A stretch of DNA of 64,000 nt. Origin: Hyalangium minutum (lineage in GTDB: Bacteria; Myxococcota; Myxococcia; Myxococcales; Myxococcaceae). The notes beneath the pieces are model-generated. The model did no database searches. It was not told the DNA's origin and saw nothing but the letters and a program-made list of their open reading frames with translations. Both the position numbers and the translations under genes were made by a program. Location of the stretch: the NCBI RefSeq assembly GCF_000737315.1, contig NZ_JMCB01000029.1, positions 22,721 to 86,720 of the forward strand, given 5' to 3'. The first letter of the stretch is position 1. Every line of letters begins with the position of its first letter. Shown here in pieces: positions 28,443 through 38,080 of the stretch.

Positions 28443-29819
28443 TCAGGACTCCCGAACGGCGTTGCCCTCACGGCCCGGCGCCGCCAGCACCATGCCCAGC
28501 GCCGCCGTGGCGGTGAGCAGCGCGGCCACGGCGAACTGCGTGGCGAAGTGGCCTCGGGCCAGTGACAGCGCCGCCACCGCCAGCGAGCCCCCCAGCAGCC
28601 GCGTCGCGTAGAGGCTGCTGGTGACGATGCCCCGGTGGTGCCACGGCGCACGCGACTGCGGCCCGAGGATCGAGGTGCTCGCCGCGGGCCCCAGCCCCAC
28701 CCCCAGCACGGCCAGCGAGGCGAAAGCCCCTCCGATGCCCCACCCCTGTGCTGCTGCCAGCGCCAGCAACCCGGCGCCACAGGCCGCCAGCACGAAGCCC
28801 GCCCCTGCGCTCGCGCGCATGCCTCCGCGCACCAGCACCTTCACCCCCAGGGTGGAGCCCACCGACCAGCCCAGCAGCATTGGCACCAATGCCAGGCCCG
28901 CTCCAATCGGGGTGTGCCCGCCCTGCTCCGTCATCCACAGCGGCACCCACGTGGACATCGTGTAGAGCAACGCTCCGGCGAACAGGCCTCCTGCGATGCC
29001 GCTGAGCACGGTGCGGTCCCGCAGCAACTCCGGCGGAATCACCGGCGAGGCGCTCACCCGCTGCTGGCGCACCAGCCCCACGCCCACCGCCACCGCGCCC
29101 AGTGCGCACAGCCCCCGCACCACCACCGCCGAGCCCGGCTCCAGCGCGAAGAGCAGCAACGCCACGCACGTGCCCACCAGCAACGGCCCCCATGCGCCCA
29201 TGGGCCCCTGCGCGCGCTTCGGCGGATCCCGGTACGACAGGTGCAGCAGCCCCGCCGCGAGCAGCCCCACCGGGAGGTTCACCAGGAACACCCATCGCCA
29301 CGACGTGTGCATCACCAGCCACCCCCCAATGAGCGGTCCGAGCGCATTCGCGGCCCCCCACGCTCCGGTGAAGAGCCCTTGGATCGCCGCGCGCTCGCGC
29401 AGGGTGTAGAGGTCCGAGCTGATCGTCAGCGTCGTGGGTTGAAGCGCTCCGGCGCCCAGGCCCTGAGCCACGCGGAAGGCAATCAGCGCGGGCACCGAAG
29501 TGGCCAGTCCGCACAGCGCCGAGCCCGCCAGGAACAGCCCCATCCCCGCCAGGAACACCGGCTTGCGCCCCAGCCGGTCTGCCAGCTTGCCGGAGACGAG
29601 CACGCCCACGGTCGAAGCGAAGAGGAAGGCCGAGAACACCCACGAGTAGAGCTCCTGGCCGCCCAGCTCCCGGGTGATGACGGGCATGGCGCTCGTCACC
29701 ACCGTGCCCTCGAAGGCGCTGACCACCAGGGCCAGCAGCACCGCGCCCGTGGCCACCCGCCGCGCCGCTCCCGAGTTGACGCGAACCTCGCTCTCCACCG
29801 TCATCCCGCTTCCATCCAT
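28443..29819 (-). CDS. MFS drug/H+ antiporter (DHA2-like)
   Basis: FEGTVVTSAMP, GKLADRLGRK (motif A), RVAQGLGAG, WRWVFLVNLP; about 13-14 TM segments. Confidence 0.9.
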   Translation of the reverse strand: MDGSGMTVESEVRVNSGAARRVATGAVLLALVVSAFEGTVVTSAMPVITRELGGQELYSWVFSAFLFASTVGVLVSGKLADRLGRKPVFLAGMGLFLAGSALCGLATSVPALIAFRVAQGLGAGALQPTTLTISSDLYTLRERAAIQGLFTGAWGAANALGPLIGGWLVMHTSWRWVFLVNLPVGLLAAGLLHLSYRDPPKRAQGPMGAWGPLLVGTCVALLLFALEPGSAVVVRGLCALGAVAVGVGLVRQQRVSASPVIPPELLRDRTVLSGIAGGLFAGALLYTMSTWVPLWMTEQGGHTPIGAGLALVPMLLGWSVGSTLGVKVLVRGGMRASAGAGFVLAACGAGLLALAAAQGWGIGGAFASLAVLGVGLGPAASTSILGPQSRAPWHHRGIVTSSLYATRLLGGSLAVAALSLARGHFATQFAVAALLTATAALGMVLAAPGREGNAVRES

Positions 29820-29845
29820 GCTCTCCCTATAAGCGGGCGCGTTCC

Positions 29846-29869
29846 ATGCGGAAATCGCATCTTCCGCAT
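29846..29869. promoter_or_regulatory. LysR-type operator between divergent MFS and lysR genes
   Basis: ATGCG-gaaat-CGCAT (palindromic T-N11-A box) nested in an 8-bp inverted repeat atgcggaa...ttccgcat. Confidence 0.65.
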
Positions 29870-29889
29870 AGAGTCCTTGCGAGAACCGC

Positions 29890-30807
29890 ATGACCTCCGA
29901 ACAGCTCCGAGCATTCCTCCAGGTGGCCCAGGAGGGCCGCTTCTCCACCGCCGCGAAAGGACTGGGCCTGTCCCAGTCTGGACTCTCGCGCCAGCTCCAG
30001 TCCCTGGAGACCGAGCTCGGAGTCCGCCTGCTGGTACGCACGCCCGCCGGCGCGGTGCTCACGGACGCGGGGGAGCGCTTCCTGCCCCATGCCCGGCGGG
30101 CCCTCGAGGCGCTGTTCGCCGGCACGGCCGAGCTGGAGCAGCTCTCGGGCATACCCCACGGCCCGCTGGCGCTCGGCTCCCTGCACACCGTGGGGGCGTA
30201 CCTGCTGCCGGACCTCATCGCCGCCTTCGCCCGGAGCTACCCGGAGGTGCGGCTCCGGCTGAGCGAGAGCCTCGCCCCCGAGCTGGAGGAAGGCGTCTCC
30301 CGAGGCGTGCTGGATCTGGCCATCCTCTCCCTGCCCGTGCGCCGAGCGGACCTTGTAGCGCAGAAGCTGTGGGAAGAACCCCTGGTGCTCGCCGTGCCCC
30401 GAGGCCATCCGCTGACGAAGCTGGGCCGGGCCGTGGCGCTCACCGAAGTCGTGGAGGAGCCCTGGGTCGTCATCCCCGGGATGACGGGCACCCGAGCGCT
30501 GGAGGCCGCCTGCGAGGCGCGGGGCGTGACACCTCGGGTGGTACTGGAGACGGACAACTCGGAGGCCATGCGCCGCATGGTGGAGCGCGGGCTGGGCGTG
30601 GCGCTGGTGCCGGAGCTCATGACGCGCGACCACCCCGCCCGGGAGTTCGACATCGTCCAGGTGGTCCCGGGTGGACCGCGCCGCCAGGTGGCGCTCGTGC
30701 ACCGGGGAGAAGGCTATCTCACCGCCGCCGCCCGGGCCTTCAAGAAGTTCATTGTGGAGCACGTGCGCAAACAGCCTGCAATACGAAGTGCAGAGGCGCA
30801 GCGCTGA
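29890..30807 (+). CDS. LysR family transcriptional regulator
   Basis: QLRAFLQVAQEGRFSTAA..LGLSQSGLSRQLQSLE.ELG..LL.R..LTDAG. Confidence 0.93.
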   Translation: MTSEQLRAFLQVAQEGRFSTAAKGLGLSQSGLSRQLQSLETELGVRLLVRTPAGAVLTDAGERFLPHARRALEALFAGTAELEQLSGIPHGPLALGSLHTVGAYLLPDLIAAFARSYPEVRLRLSESLAPELEEGVSRGVLDLAILSLPVRRADLVAQKLWEEPLVLAVPRGHPLTKLGRAVALTEVVEEPWVVIPGMTGTRALEAACEARGVTPRVVLETDNSEAMRRMVERGLGVALVPELMTRDHPAREFDIVQVVPGGPRRQVALVHRGEGYLTAAARAFKKFIVEHVRKQPAIRSAEAQR

Positions 30808-30897
30808 GAGTATATGCTGACGTCATGGCGGGTGGCGGACCTCGCAGCAAGACGTGAACCCCATTCGTCTCCCTGAGACAACGACGAGAGGCGTGGC

Positions 30898-31365
30898 ATG
30901 GGAATGAAGCTCGACATCAATGGCTCGGTCCGCGAGGTGGAAGCCAGCGGCGACATGCCGCTGCTGTGGGTCCTGCGTGACCTTCTGCAACTGAGCGGGA
31001 CGAAGTACGGCTGCGGAATGGCGCAGTGTGGGGCGTGCACGGTGCACCTCGACGGCAAGCCCGTTCGCTCCTGCGTCACCCCCGTCTCGAGCGTTGGTGC
31101 GCGCAAGGTCACCACGATCGAGGGGCTGTCACCGGACGGTTCGCACCCCGTGCAGCGCGCATGGTCCGAGGCGGATGTCGTGCAATGTGGCTACTGCCAG
31201 TCCGGTCAGATCATGACGGCCGTGGCGCTGCTCGAGAAGAAGCCCGATCCGACGGACTCCGACATCGACGCCGCGCTGTCGGGCAACATCTGCCGCTGCG
31301 GGACGTACGAGCGCGTGCGCGAAGCGGTCCGGCTCGCCGCGAAGCTGAAGCGAGGTGCGAAGTGA
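30898..31365 (+). CDS. [2Fe-2S] small subunit of isoquinoline-1-oxidoreductase-like molybdoenzyme (IorA-like)
   Basis: [36 protein letters not shown]. Confidence 0.92.
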   Translation: MGMKLDINGSVREVEASGDMPLLWVLRDLLQLSGTKYGCGMAQCGACTVHLDGKPVRSCVTPVSSVGARKVTTIEGLSPDGSHPVQRAWSEADVVQCGYCQSGQIMTAVALLEKKPDPTDSDIDAALSGNICRCGTYERVREAVRLAAKLKRGAK

Positions 31366-33494
31366 CAGTCTCTCGACGAGGATTCCTCACGGGTGCGGCG
31401 GCGAGCACGGCGGGGCTGGTGATCAGCTTCTATGTGCCGAAGATCGTGCACGCCGCGCCCAAGGCCGCGCAGCCGCTGCCGTCCCCGAACGCGTTCCTGC
31501 GGATCGGCAGTGATGACTCGATCACCGTCCTGCTCGCGCACTCCGAGATGGGCCAGGGAATCTGGACCGGCCTGGCGATGCTGATCGCGGAAGAGCTCGA
31601 CTGTGACTGGTCGAAGGTGCGCTGCGAGCACGCCCCCGCGGCGCCGGTCTACGGCCACCCCGCCATGGGCATCCAGATGACGGGCGGGTCCACGTCCACG
31701 CATGGCGAGTTCGACCGGTACCGCAACGTGGGCGCGACGGCGAAGGCGCTGCTCCTGCGCGCAGCCGCGGAGCGATGGAAGACCACGCCAGCGAAGCTCT
31801 CCGCCGCGAACGGGGTGATCACCTTCGGTGGAGAAAGGCTGACGTACGGCGCGGTCGCCGAGGCGGCGATGAAGCTGTCCCCTCCGAAGACGGTGAAGCT
31901 CAAGGAGCCGAAGGAGTGGAAGCTGATCGGCACCAAGGTGCGCCGGCTCGACACGCCCGAGAAGATCAACGGCAAGGCACAGTTCGGGATCGACGTCTCG
32001 TTCCCCGGGCTGCGCACCGCTGTCGTGCTGCGGCCGCCGGCGTTCGGCGCGAAGCTCGTGAAGTTCGATGCCGCCGATGCGCTGAAGGTCCCTGGCGTCG
32101 AGAAGGTCGTCCAGACCGCGAACGGTGTCGCGGTGGTCGCCAGCCACTTCTGGGCGGCGAAGCTCGGCCGTGATGCCGTGCGCGCGGAGTGGTCGACGCC
32201 CGAGGGCGGCGGTGCCAGCTCCGAGAAGATCCTCGCCGAGTTCCGCCAGCTCTCGCTCGGCGAGGGCTCGACCGTGGCCGACACCGGCAAGGTGAAGGAA
32301 GCGCTCAACCTCTCCGCCAGCAAGCTCGAGGCGTCGTACGAGGTGCCGTACCTCGCGCACGCCATGATGGAGCCGCTCAACTGCACCGTGAAGATCGACG
32401 GTGATCGCTGCGAGATCTGGACGGGGACCCAGTTCCAGACCGTTGATCAGGGCACCGCGGCGCACATCCTGGGCACGACGCCCGACAAGGTCACGATCCA
32501 CACCACGTTCCTCGGCGGTGGCTTCGGCCGCCGCGCGAACCCGGCGTCGGACTTCGTCTCCGAGGCCGTGATCGTCGCGAAGGCGGCCGGCGTCCCGGTC
32601 AAGGTCGTCTGGACGCGCGAGGACGACATGCGCGGTGGGTACTACCGCCCCGCCTACGTCCACCGCGTCAACGTCGGCATCGACAAGGCGGGCCTGCCCG
32701 CAGCGTGGCATCACGTCATCGTCGGGCAGTCGATCCTCGCTGGCACTCCGTTCGAGAAGTTCATGGTCCACAACGGCATCGACGCGACGTCAGTCGAAGG
32801 CGTCGCCGACTCGCCTTATCTCGAGACCACGAAGTCCAAGCACGTCTCGCTGCACTCCCCGAAGACCCCGGTCACCGTGCTGTGGTGGCGCTCCGTGGGC
32901 CACACGCATACCGCGTTCGCGATGGAGAGCATGATCGACGAGCTGGCACACGCCGCCGGCAAGGATCCGCTCGCGTACCGCCTGGAGCTTCTGAAGGGGA
33001 AGCCTCGGTTCGCGCGCGCACTCGAGACGGCCGCAGCCAAGGCGGGCTGGGGAACGCCCGCCCCCGAGGGCCGGGCGCGGGGCCTCGCGGTGCACGAGTC
33101 GTTTGGCTCGATCATCGCCGAGGTCGCGGAGGTCTCGGTCGAGGGGGGACGCATCAAGGTCCACGCGGTGACGGCGGCGGTCGACTGCGGAACCGCGGTC
33201 AACCCGCTCGGAATCGAGGCTCAGGTCCAGGGCTCGATCGCGTTCGGGCTGACTGCGGCGCTCCACGGCAAGCTGACCATCGAGGACGGCAGGGTCATCG
33301 AGAGCAACTTCCACGACTATCCCGCGCTTCGCATGTTCGAGATGCCGAAGATCAGTGTTCACCTGATCCCCAGTGACGCGAAGATGGGTGGCATTGGCGA
33401 GCCAGCGACCGCGCCCGTCGCTCCCGCCGTTGCGAACGCGGTGTTCGCGCTTACCAAGCAACGGCTGCGCACGCTGCCGCTGCGCCTCGCATAG
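31362..33494 (+). CDS. Tat-exported molybdopterin-binding subunit (IorB-like)
   Basis: GTG start overlapping the upstream stop; twin-arginine SRRGFL; [37 protein letters not shown]. Confidence 0.9.
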   Translation: MTVSRRGFLTGAAASTAGLVISFYVPKIVHAAPKAAQPLPSPNAFLRIGSDDSITVLLAHSEMGQGIWTGLAMLIAEELDCDWSKVRCEHAPAAPVYGHPAMGIQMTGGSTSTHGEFDRYRNVGATAKALLLRAAAERWKTTPAKLSAANGVITFGGERLTYGAVAEAAMKLSPPKTVKLKEPKEWKLIGTKVRRLDTPEKINGKAQFGIDVSFPGLRTAVVLRPPAFGAKLVKFDAADALKVPGVEKVVQTANGVAVVASHFWAAKLGRDAVRAEWSTPEGGGASSEKILAEFRQLSLGEGSTVADTGKVKEALNLSASKLEASYEVPYLAHAMMEPLNCTVKIDGDRCEIWTGTQFQTVDQGTAAHILGTTPDKVTIHTTFLGGGFGRRANPASDFVSEAVIVAKAAGVPVKVVWTREDDMRGGYYRPAYVHRVNVGIDKAGLPAAWHHVIVGQSILAGTPFEKFMVHNGIDATSVEGVADSPYLETTKSKHVSLHSPKTPVTVLWWRSVGHTHTAFAMESMIDELAHAAGKDPLAYRLELLKGKPRFARALETAAAKAGWGTPAPEGRARGLAVHESFGSIIAEVAEVSVEGGRIKVHAVTAAVDCGTAVNPLGIEAQVQGSIAFGLTAALHGKLTIEDGRVIESNFHDYPALRMFEMPKISVHLIPSDAKMGGIGEPATAPVAPAVANAVFALTKQRLRTLPLRLA

Positions 33495-33505
33495 GACTTC
33501 CTCCG

Positions 33506-34087
33506 ATGATGCGTACCTTCGTGACGCTTGTGCTCGTTCTCGCCGGATGCGGCGGCAAGATGACGACGCCCCCCACGGGCGAGAAGCCAGACCCGGCCAC
33601 CGGTGTGGCTGCATTTGCGACCGTGCGCGCGGTGCTCCAGCACCCGCGCTGCCAGAACTGCCATCCCGCGGGCGATGCGCCTCTGCAAGGCACCGAGGGC
33701 CGCGTGCACGCGATGAACGTGCAGCGTGGGCCCACGGGGCACGGCATGGCGGGGGCCGAGTGCACCACGTGCCACGGCCCGGCGAATCCTCCGAGCAACT
33801 ATGGCCTCCATGTCCCGCCCGGCTCGATCAAGGGCTGGCACATGCCGAAGCCCGAGGAAAAGCTCGTGTTCGTCGGCCTCACGCCGCGCGCCCTGTGCGA
33901 ACAGGTCAAGGACCCGGCGCGCAACGGCGGCATGGACATGGCTGCGCTCCGCGTTCACCTCGAGGATCCGCTCGTGAAGTGGGGGTGGGATCCGGGCTTC
34001 GGCCGCGAGCCGGTGTCCACGCCGTACGCGACGTTCATCGCCGCGTGGGAGACCTGGGCTGCCGCTGGCGCCCCGTGCCCCAACTGA
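33506..34087 (+). CDS. Dihaem c-type cytochrome lipoprotein (Ior-associated subunit)
   Basis: Lipobox LAGC; two haem motifs CQNCH and CTTCH; HPRC.NCHP.GD.P.Q pattern. Confidence 0.8.
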   Translation: MMRTFVTLVLVLAGCGGKMTTPPTGEKPDPATGVAAFATVRAVLQHPRCQNCHPAGDAPLQGTEGRVHAMNVQRGPTGHGMAGAECTTCHGPANPPSNYGLHVPPGSIKGWHMPKPEEKLVFVGLTPRALCEQVKDPARNGGMDMAALRVHLEDPLVKWGWDPGFGREPVSTPYATFIAAWETWAAAGAPCPN

Positions 34088-34162
34088 TCGGGGTTTGGGG
34101 CCCCCGTCTTCGTGGACTTGAGGCAAGCTCGCAGCATCTCGATTCAGGAGGCACAGCCCTCG

Positions 34163-35119
34163 ATGGCGGACCCAGTTCAAGAGGCAGTCGATGCCATGGA
34201 GAAGCACACCGGCACGGTGCAGGGGTACCGCCGGGCCCATCCCAGAGGGCTGGTGTTCCACGCGACCTTTACTCCGACGCCTGAAGCCCGGCCGCTGACG
34301 GCCGCGGAGCACTTCCAGGGTCCTCCTGTGCATACGCTCGTGCGGTTCTCGAACGCCTCGGGGAGCCCCCATGCTCCAGACCGGGGCTCGGATCGCCAGG
34401 GGGCAGTGCTGGGCCTGGCGGTGCGGTTCGATCTGCCCTCCGGGAAGCACGCCACGTGGGCCGCCGCGAACATCCCGGCCTTCGTCGCCCGCACTCCCGA
34501 GGAGTTCCTCCAGGTCACCCGGGCGCAGCGGCCGAACGCCTCGCCCCATCCCCTGCGCATGCTCGGGTACATCCTGACGCATCTCCATGCGCTCCCGGGC
34601 ATCCGGGGGATTGTCGGCACCAAGCCAGCGCCCAGCTTTGCCCACTGCCAGTACAACAGTGTCCACGCCTACCATCTGGTGGATGCGCAGGGGCAGCGCA
34701 GGGCCTTTCGCTACCGCTGGGTGCCCTCGGCGGGAGCCGCCACCTTGAGCCCGGCGGAGGCTCGAAAGCGCCCGGAGCAGTACCTGCTCGACGAGCTCCG
34801 GGAGCGTGTCAGCCGCGAGCGCGTCACGTTCAACCTCGTCTTCCAGCTGGCCAACCCAGGTGATCCGACCCACGACGCCACCCGGCCATGGCCCGAGGAT
34901 CGGCAGAAAATCCCGGCGGGGCAGCTGGTGATCGACTCGCTGTACGAGGATCAGCGGGAGTCCGAGCGGTTCGTCTTCGATCCCACCGGAGTGGTGCCAG
35001 GCATCGAGCTGTCCGATGATCCGATCCTGCACTTCCGCGCGAAGGTGTACTCAGAGTCCTACAACCGCCGCTCTTCCGAAACGAAGCCGGAGCCCAAGCC
35101 CGCTGACCTGCGGCAATGA
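34163..35119 (+). CDS. Catalase-related haem peroxidase (small SrpA-like catalase domain)
   Basis: RRAHPRG (distal His), VRFSNASG, LAVRF, FVFDP, SDDPILHFRAKVYSES (proximal Tyr). Confidence 0.85.
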   Translation: MADPVQEAVDAMEKHTGTVQGYRRAHPRGLVFHATFTPTPEARPLTAAEHFQGPPVHTLVRFSNASGSPHAPDRGSDRQGAVLGLAVRFDLPSGKHATWAAANIPAFVARTPEEFLQVTRAQRPNASPHPLRMLGYILTHLHALPGIRGIVGTKPAPSFAHCQYNSVHAYHLVDAQGQRRAFRYRWVPSAGAATLSPAEARKRPEQYLLDELRERVSRERVTFNLVFQLANPGDPTHDATRPWPEDRQKIPAGQLVIDSLYEDQRESERFVFDPTGVVPGIELSDDPILHFRAKVYSESYNRRSSETKPEPKPADLRQ

Positions 35120-35230
35120 GCGTCCTTCCAAGCCTGGCCATCGCTGTGTTCTGGCGCCGCGAACTTCGGCGAGCAGCTCACGTTTGATGGCCGCGGCTGG
35201 GGCTGGACCGCGCTCGAACCTTCGCTTCCG

Positions 35231-36676
35231 CTAGCGCGCCTGGGGGAAGTGGCGGCGGCGCAGCTGGTCCACCAGTTCCTGGGTGGCGGGGGTATAGGCC
35301 ACCCGCCCCTCCTGGGACTCGGGCGCCTGCGCCCCAACGAACGAGGGCGCTTCGGCGGCGCTGTCCGTGAGCTGGAAGTAGCCCTCGGGCGGCTGCTCGC
35401 CCTCCTGGCCGATGAGCCCGATGGGCCCGGAGCCATGGCGCCGCCGGAAGAGGATGGGGGCGCCCGGCACGCTCTGCTTGCCCTCGGCGGCCTCGTTGCC
35501 GAACTTCATGGTCGGCGTGTGGCCCGTAAGGGACAGCTTGTAGATGGCCGCCACCCGGTCGCGCGTGAAGGGGCACTCCATGGTGCGCGCGACGATGTGG
35601 CCGCCGTAGCCGTAGAACTGCGCGGAGGGCTCCCAGCCCACCTGGCGGCGCAGCTCCTCGAACTCGCGGGTGGCGGCGGCGTCCAGGCCGTCCTCGAGGA
35701 TGTTCACGGGGCGCACGCCGAGGTCCCGCGCCTGGGTGACGGCGTAGAGGTACTGGAGCTTCTTGTTGCCCGAGTCGAAGCGGATGGAGTCCCCTCGGTT
35801 CGGCTCCTCGCGCATCAGCCGGTAGGCGGCGGGCAGGCCCGAGGCCAGCGTGTCATAGGTGTCCAGCAGGTAGCTGGAGCGCTGGGGCCGGCGCTCGCGC
35901 ATGGCGCGGAAGGCGGCCTCGTCCGAGCCGTAGCGCTGGATGTGCTCGTGGCCCATGGTGCCCACCGGGATCATCCCCAGCTTGCGAGCGCCCTCCACGT
36001 TGGAGGTGCGCGCCACGCCCGCCTCCTTGCAGGCGCGCAGGGCAAGCTCATGCTGCTCCAGGCAAGTGGCGGCGCGCAGGCCCACCTCGAAGATGCGGTT
36101 CGGATCCTCGACGATCTCCACCAGCTCGCGCACCTGGGCCAGCACGCGCTGGGAGTAGGCCTCGGGGTCGGCGCGCATGGGCACGGGCTTGACGCCCACG
36201 GCGTCCAGCGTCTCCAGCGCGATGCGCTTCTGCTCCTCGCAGGTGAGCACGGCGAGGGCTCGGGCCAGCGTGTCCCGATCCGCGAGCGCCTGGGTGGCCA
36301 CCTGGATGCGGAAGTTGAGCTGGATCAGCAGCGGCTCGATCCAGGAGACCAGGGCCGAGGGTCCGCAGAGCGAGAGCACGGGCTCCTTCGGGTAGAAGAG
36401 CGCGCCGCGAGGCAAGGCGTGGATGACGAGCCTTTCCTTGTTCTGGATGGCGGCCTTGAAGCCGACGCCCATCTCGTAGTCATTGCGCGAGAGGAACTCA
36501 TAGTCCTCGGGCTTGGGATCGGGCAGCAGGCCACGCACGAAGGCAGGGATGTCCAGAGGTACGATCTGGAGACCGCCCTTGCGGTGCGTGTAATAGAAGG
36601 TCTCCTTGCGAAGTGGCCACCCCGCCTCCGCCATGCTGAACTTGTAGCCGTCCGTCGCGAGCAGCGATGTCCCCAT
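35231..36676 (-). CDS. pncB: Nicotinate phosphoribosyltransferase
   Basis: LLATDGYKFSM, FEVGLRA, TSNV, VGTMGHE (phospho-His), LLDTYD, IRFDSG. Confidence 0.88.
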   Translation of the reverse strand: MGTSLLATDGYKFSMAEAGWPLRKETFYYTHRKGGLQIVPLDIPAFVRGLLPDPKPEDYEFLSRNDYEMGVGFKAAIQNKERLVIHALPRGALFYPKEPVLSLCGPSALVSWIEPLLIQLNFRIQVATQALADRDTLARALAVLTCEEQKRIALETLDAVGVKPVPMRADPEAYSQRVLAQVRELVEIVEDPNRIFEVGLRAATCLEQHELALRACKEAGVARTSNVEGARKLGMIPVGTMGHEHIQRYGSDEAAFRAMRERRPQRSSYLLDTYDTLASGLPAAYRLMREEPNRGDSIRFDSGNKKLQYLYAVTQARDLGVRPVNILEDGLDAAATREFEELRRQVGWEPSAQFYGYGGHIVARTMECPFTRDRVAAIYKLSLTGHTPTMKFGNEAAEGKQSVPGAPILFRRRHGSGPIGLIGQEGEQPPEGYFQLTDSAAEAPSFVGAQAPESQEGRVAYTPATQELVDQLRRRHFPQAR

Positions 36677-36780
36677 CCAGTCTCTCTGCCTCCTGAAGGA
36701 GAGCGTATCAGGGGTTCCTCTGGGTTGTTCGGGAGATCCACGAGATGCGAGGCGGTGTCGCTCCCTGATGGAGGAGCCCC

Positions 36781-37300
36781 TTGCATCGGAGGACGTGTCT
36801 CACTCCGGGAAGCATCCCGTGGGCCTGTATGCTTGTGCTGCTCACCCTCCTGCTCGCTGGGTGCTCGGGCACGCCGCCAGGCGTGCGCCTGGTCCGGCCC
36901 GCTCCCGATGCCACCGTGGCCACCGCCTGGGAGGCGCGCTCATGTTCGACACGCAGGGGCGCCCCATCGCCTCCGGGAGTGGAGGCTTCCGCCGCTACAT
37001 CGCCCGGCGGGAGACGGACGGCACCTGGACGGATCTGATCACCGGGGATGCGCTCGAGTCTTGCCTGAGCACCGGTGTCTCGAGCCAGATCATCACCCAG
37101 GCCCCGGATGGGATGACCTACGCCCTGTGTGGCGCCAACGGACAGCTGGTCCGGCGCGAGAGCAACGGGTGGACGGCCGCTGGGGGCTCCGCTGTCGGCT
37201 TCCTCCTCCCCGTTGAGCCTCATGCTCGTCCTGGACGGGCTGGGCCGTCCGGTGGCCCTGGCCACGTACCCGCTGACGAAGGAACACGAGGCCGTGACTC
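36781..37300 (+). pseudogene. Frameshifted, 3'-truncated lipoprotein remnant
   Basis: Lipobox LLAGC in one frame; continues (GALMFDTQGRP..GTWTDL) after a frameshift near 36930 and again (LVLDGLGRPVALA) after one near 37205; ends at the lectin gene. Confidence 0.6.
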
Positions 37301-37317
37301 ATTATCCGCACGGATGC

Positions 37318-37806
37318 TCAACGCCAGCGCTGGAAATTGCCGCCGTTGCACCCCAACGTATAAACGTCGCCGCTGGTATTGCTGTCCAGACAGTATCCGG
37401 TGGCCACGTTTCTCATTTCGTATCCGAAAGCCCCCTTGTAGGTCACGACCCACTGCTGGTAACTGCCACCATTGCAGGGCAAAGTGTAGACATTGCCGTT
37501 GTTATTACTGTCCAGACACCATCCGGTTGCTTGATTGCGAATCTGGTCCCCGAATGTGAGCGGAGTGTTCGTCCAGTTCTGATACGCCCCCCTGTTACAG
37601 CCCAGCGTGTAAACGTTCCCGTTGCTGTTACTGTCGAGACAGCGCAGCGTGGCAGTATTTACCCAGGGCAATGGTCCCCTTCTTATCTCCGATGCCACCT
37701 CCGCGAGGGGCTCGCCATTGCTCAGTTCGTCGCTCGGGGCAGCTGAACAGGCGGAGAGCGAGAGAATCCAACCCAGCAGCGAAATACCAGCGATCTTTCT
37801 GTTCAT
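37318..37806 (-). CDS. Ricin-B (beta-trefoil) lectin lipoprotein, actinohivin-like
   Basis: Lipobox LSAC; three repeats RN.ATG.CLDSN.NG.VYTL.CNGG.YQ.W. Confidence 0.9.
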   Translation of the reverse strand: [162 protein letters not shown]

Positions 37807-37866
37807 GACAACTCCATGTCCATGAAGGCCGCTCGCTGTAGCGCCAGAGGCCGCCCCGTGTGCAGG

Positions 37867-37924
37867 ACTGTTCGGAAATGTCGGGATTTCTCAGGCTCCA
37901 AAACCCCCGACATTTTCGAACAGT
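37867..37924. repeat. 19-bp inverted repeat with 20-nt spacer
   Basis: actgttcggaaatgtcggg ... cccgacattttcgaacagt, one mismatch, in the divergent intergenic region. Confidence 0.85.
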
Positions 37925-38080
37925 GGGCCAGCGGACCCGACCGGCCGGACCAATGCCCCCGCTGTACTCAGGGCCCTCCGCACCTACGGATCGGGTGCAC
38001 GAGAAACCTTGCTGACGCTCCCCTTATGATGCGCCGAGCTTCCTCCCGCCAATTGCCTGCCCTCGCCTGTCCAGGACTCC

